Source: Octopus sinensis (taxonomy: Eukaryota). Taken from it: a stretch of 6,995 bases of DNA. Both the position numbers and the translations under genes were made by a program. The notes beneath the pieces were generated by a model, which saw nothing but the letters and a program-made list of their open reading frames with translations, was not told where the DNA came from and did no database searches. The first letter of the stretch is position 1; each line of letters starts with the position of its first letter. Location: contig NW_021829050.1 in NCBI RefSeq assembly GCF_006345805.1, forward strand, positions 1 to 6,995. The letters are read 5' to 3'. This document shows, one piece after another, positions 6,192 through 6,995 of this stretch.

Positions 6192-6995
6192 ATGTATGTT
6201 AACATCTGCATAAGCTACTCTTTGTATATTTTGTGGAAGTGTCGGAGGTTGTGCTGTGTAGGTTGAAAAGAGTGGGTGAAAGAATAGACCCTTGTTACAC
6301 TTCATTCAAGGACCTGCAGGCTTTGGAAATACTGTTACTCCACACTACATAGTCCTGGTGGCCTGACACAGTATTGGCCATTGTTCTGTGTTGTTTTTTA
6401 AGGCGGAATCCCTTAATTTTTTGCTTTGTATTCCTGTCTTCTTCATATAATTTTTTGTGGCTGCCTTTAGAGAAAGTCTTCATAAGGCATTAGTGGGTAA
6501 ATTAACTGAGGCTGTCATTATGATACGGAATGTGGAGTGGCCAGGCATTTTTTAATGCCGTTAATTGCTCTAAATGGTGTTAGTTAGTTTTTATTTATGT
6601 GGAATACAAATGTTTGGAAATTTTTGATCTTTCCATGGGTAATTGTATTTGTTACTTGTTCGTTTAGTTTTATTCTTCATACGAAGATTTATTTCGACTG
6701 TGAATGGTTTTAGCGTATTGTGTGTCAGACGGTCTGTTGCTTTTACAAAGCTGAAAATTTCTAGTGCGTGATTTCCCGTGTGTATTTACAGGTTGTTTCC
6801 TGAGATTCGCTTAAAGATGAAGCGGTCATTATTATGTTGTTGAGTGTATGCATTACGGAGCCTATTTGGTGATTGTTGTGTTGTTGAATTCACAAAACCT
6901 TGATTCTGTGTCTTGGTAGAATACGATGGCGAGTTAGCTTGGAAGCTTCTACGCTGTTGCTCAACCTTCAAAATATTGCCGCCAAATCTTCCTAA

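Larger units (their letters stand above)
5152..6995 (-). mobile_element. Decayed non-LTR retrotransposon (LINE) RT ORF, Vingi/Ingi-like (I group); many stops and frameshifts; continues off the right edge
   Basis: Minus-strand translation across shifting frames gives: EFNNTTIT..NAYTQQ; LKPFTVE; HKKL..SGHQDYVVWSNSISKACRSLNEV*QGSILSPTLFN (QG..FN 6294-6262); AYADV (6215-6201); LAPHPVSLLTSNITEQQIQSTINLSSKSIPH; TNVFRAIASTT; NASAANPNNLQRI/QSRALSIITDCILSAST; PLISAEEL*LSLSDCIRLAYLRC (RLAYLRC 5424-5404)..KCN; DYVLAIGLLDQSQLGAT* (TAA 5159-5157) then CAACA. The supplied ORFs 5551-5826, 5658-5903, 6295-6483 and 6786-6971 overlap this relic. Confidence 0.9.

Overview
AT-rich, repeat-dominated non-coding eukaryotic DNA (intronic or intergenic) with no supportable intact protein-coding gene. 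The right quarter (5152 to the window edge, minus strand) is a decayed non-LTR retrotransposon ORF. It retains RT motifs (V*QGSILSPTLFN, AYADV) and a Cys/His-type C-terminus, has no visible RNase H, and its stop codon abuts a CAA tail, which fits a Vingi/Ingi-group LINE. Directly downstream lies a ~227-bp (CAA)n-tailed short element. Its 5' end folds into a degenerate HDV-like double-pseudoknot ribozyme scaffold and its 3' end resembles the LINE 3' end. Two more relics of this short family sit tail-to-tail at 319-388 and 463-637. Also present are two tRNA-derived SINEs (1-241 minus; ~3070-3225 plus), a degenerate ~35-bp minisatellite (1005-1483) and large compound microsatellite blocks. The repeat mix resembles what I recall from octopus/cephalopod genomes; that is an inference, not a database result. 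All alignments and folds were done by eye.
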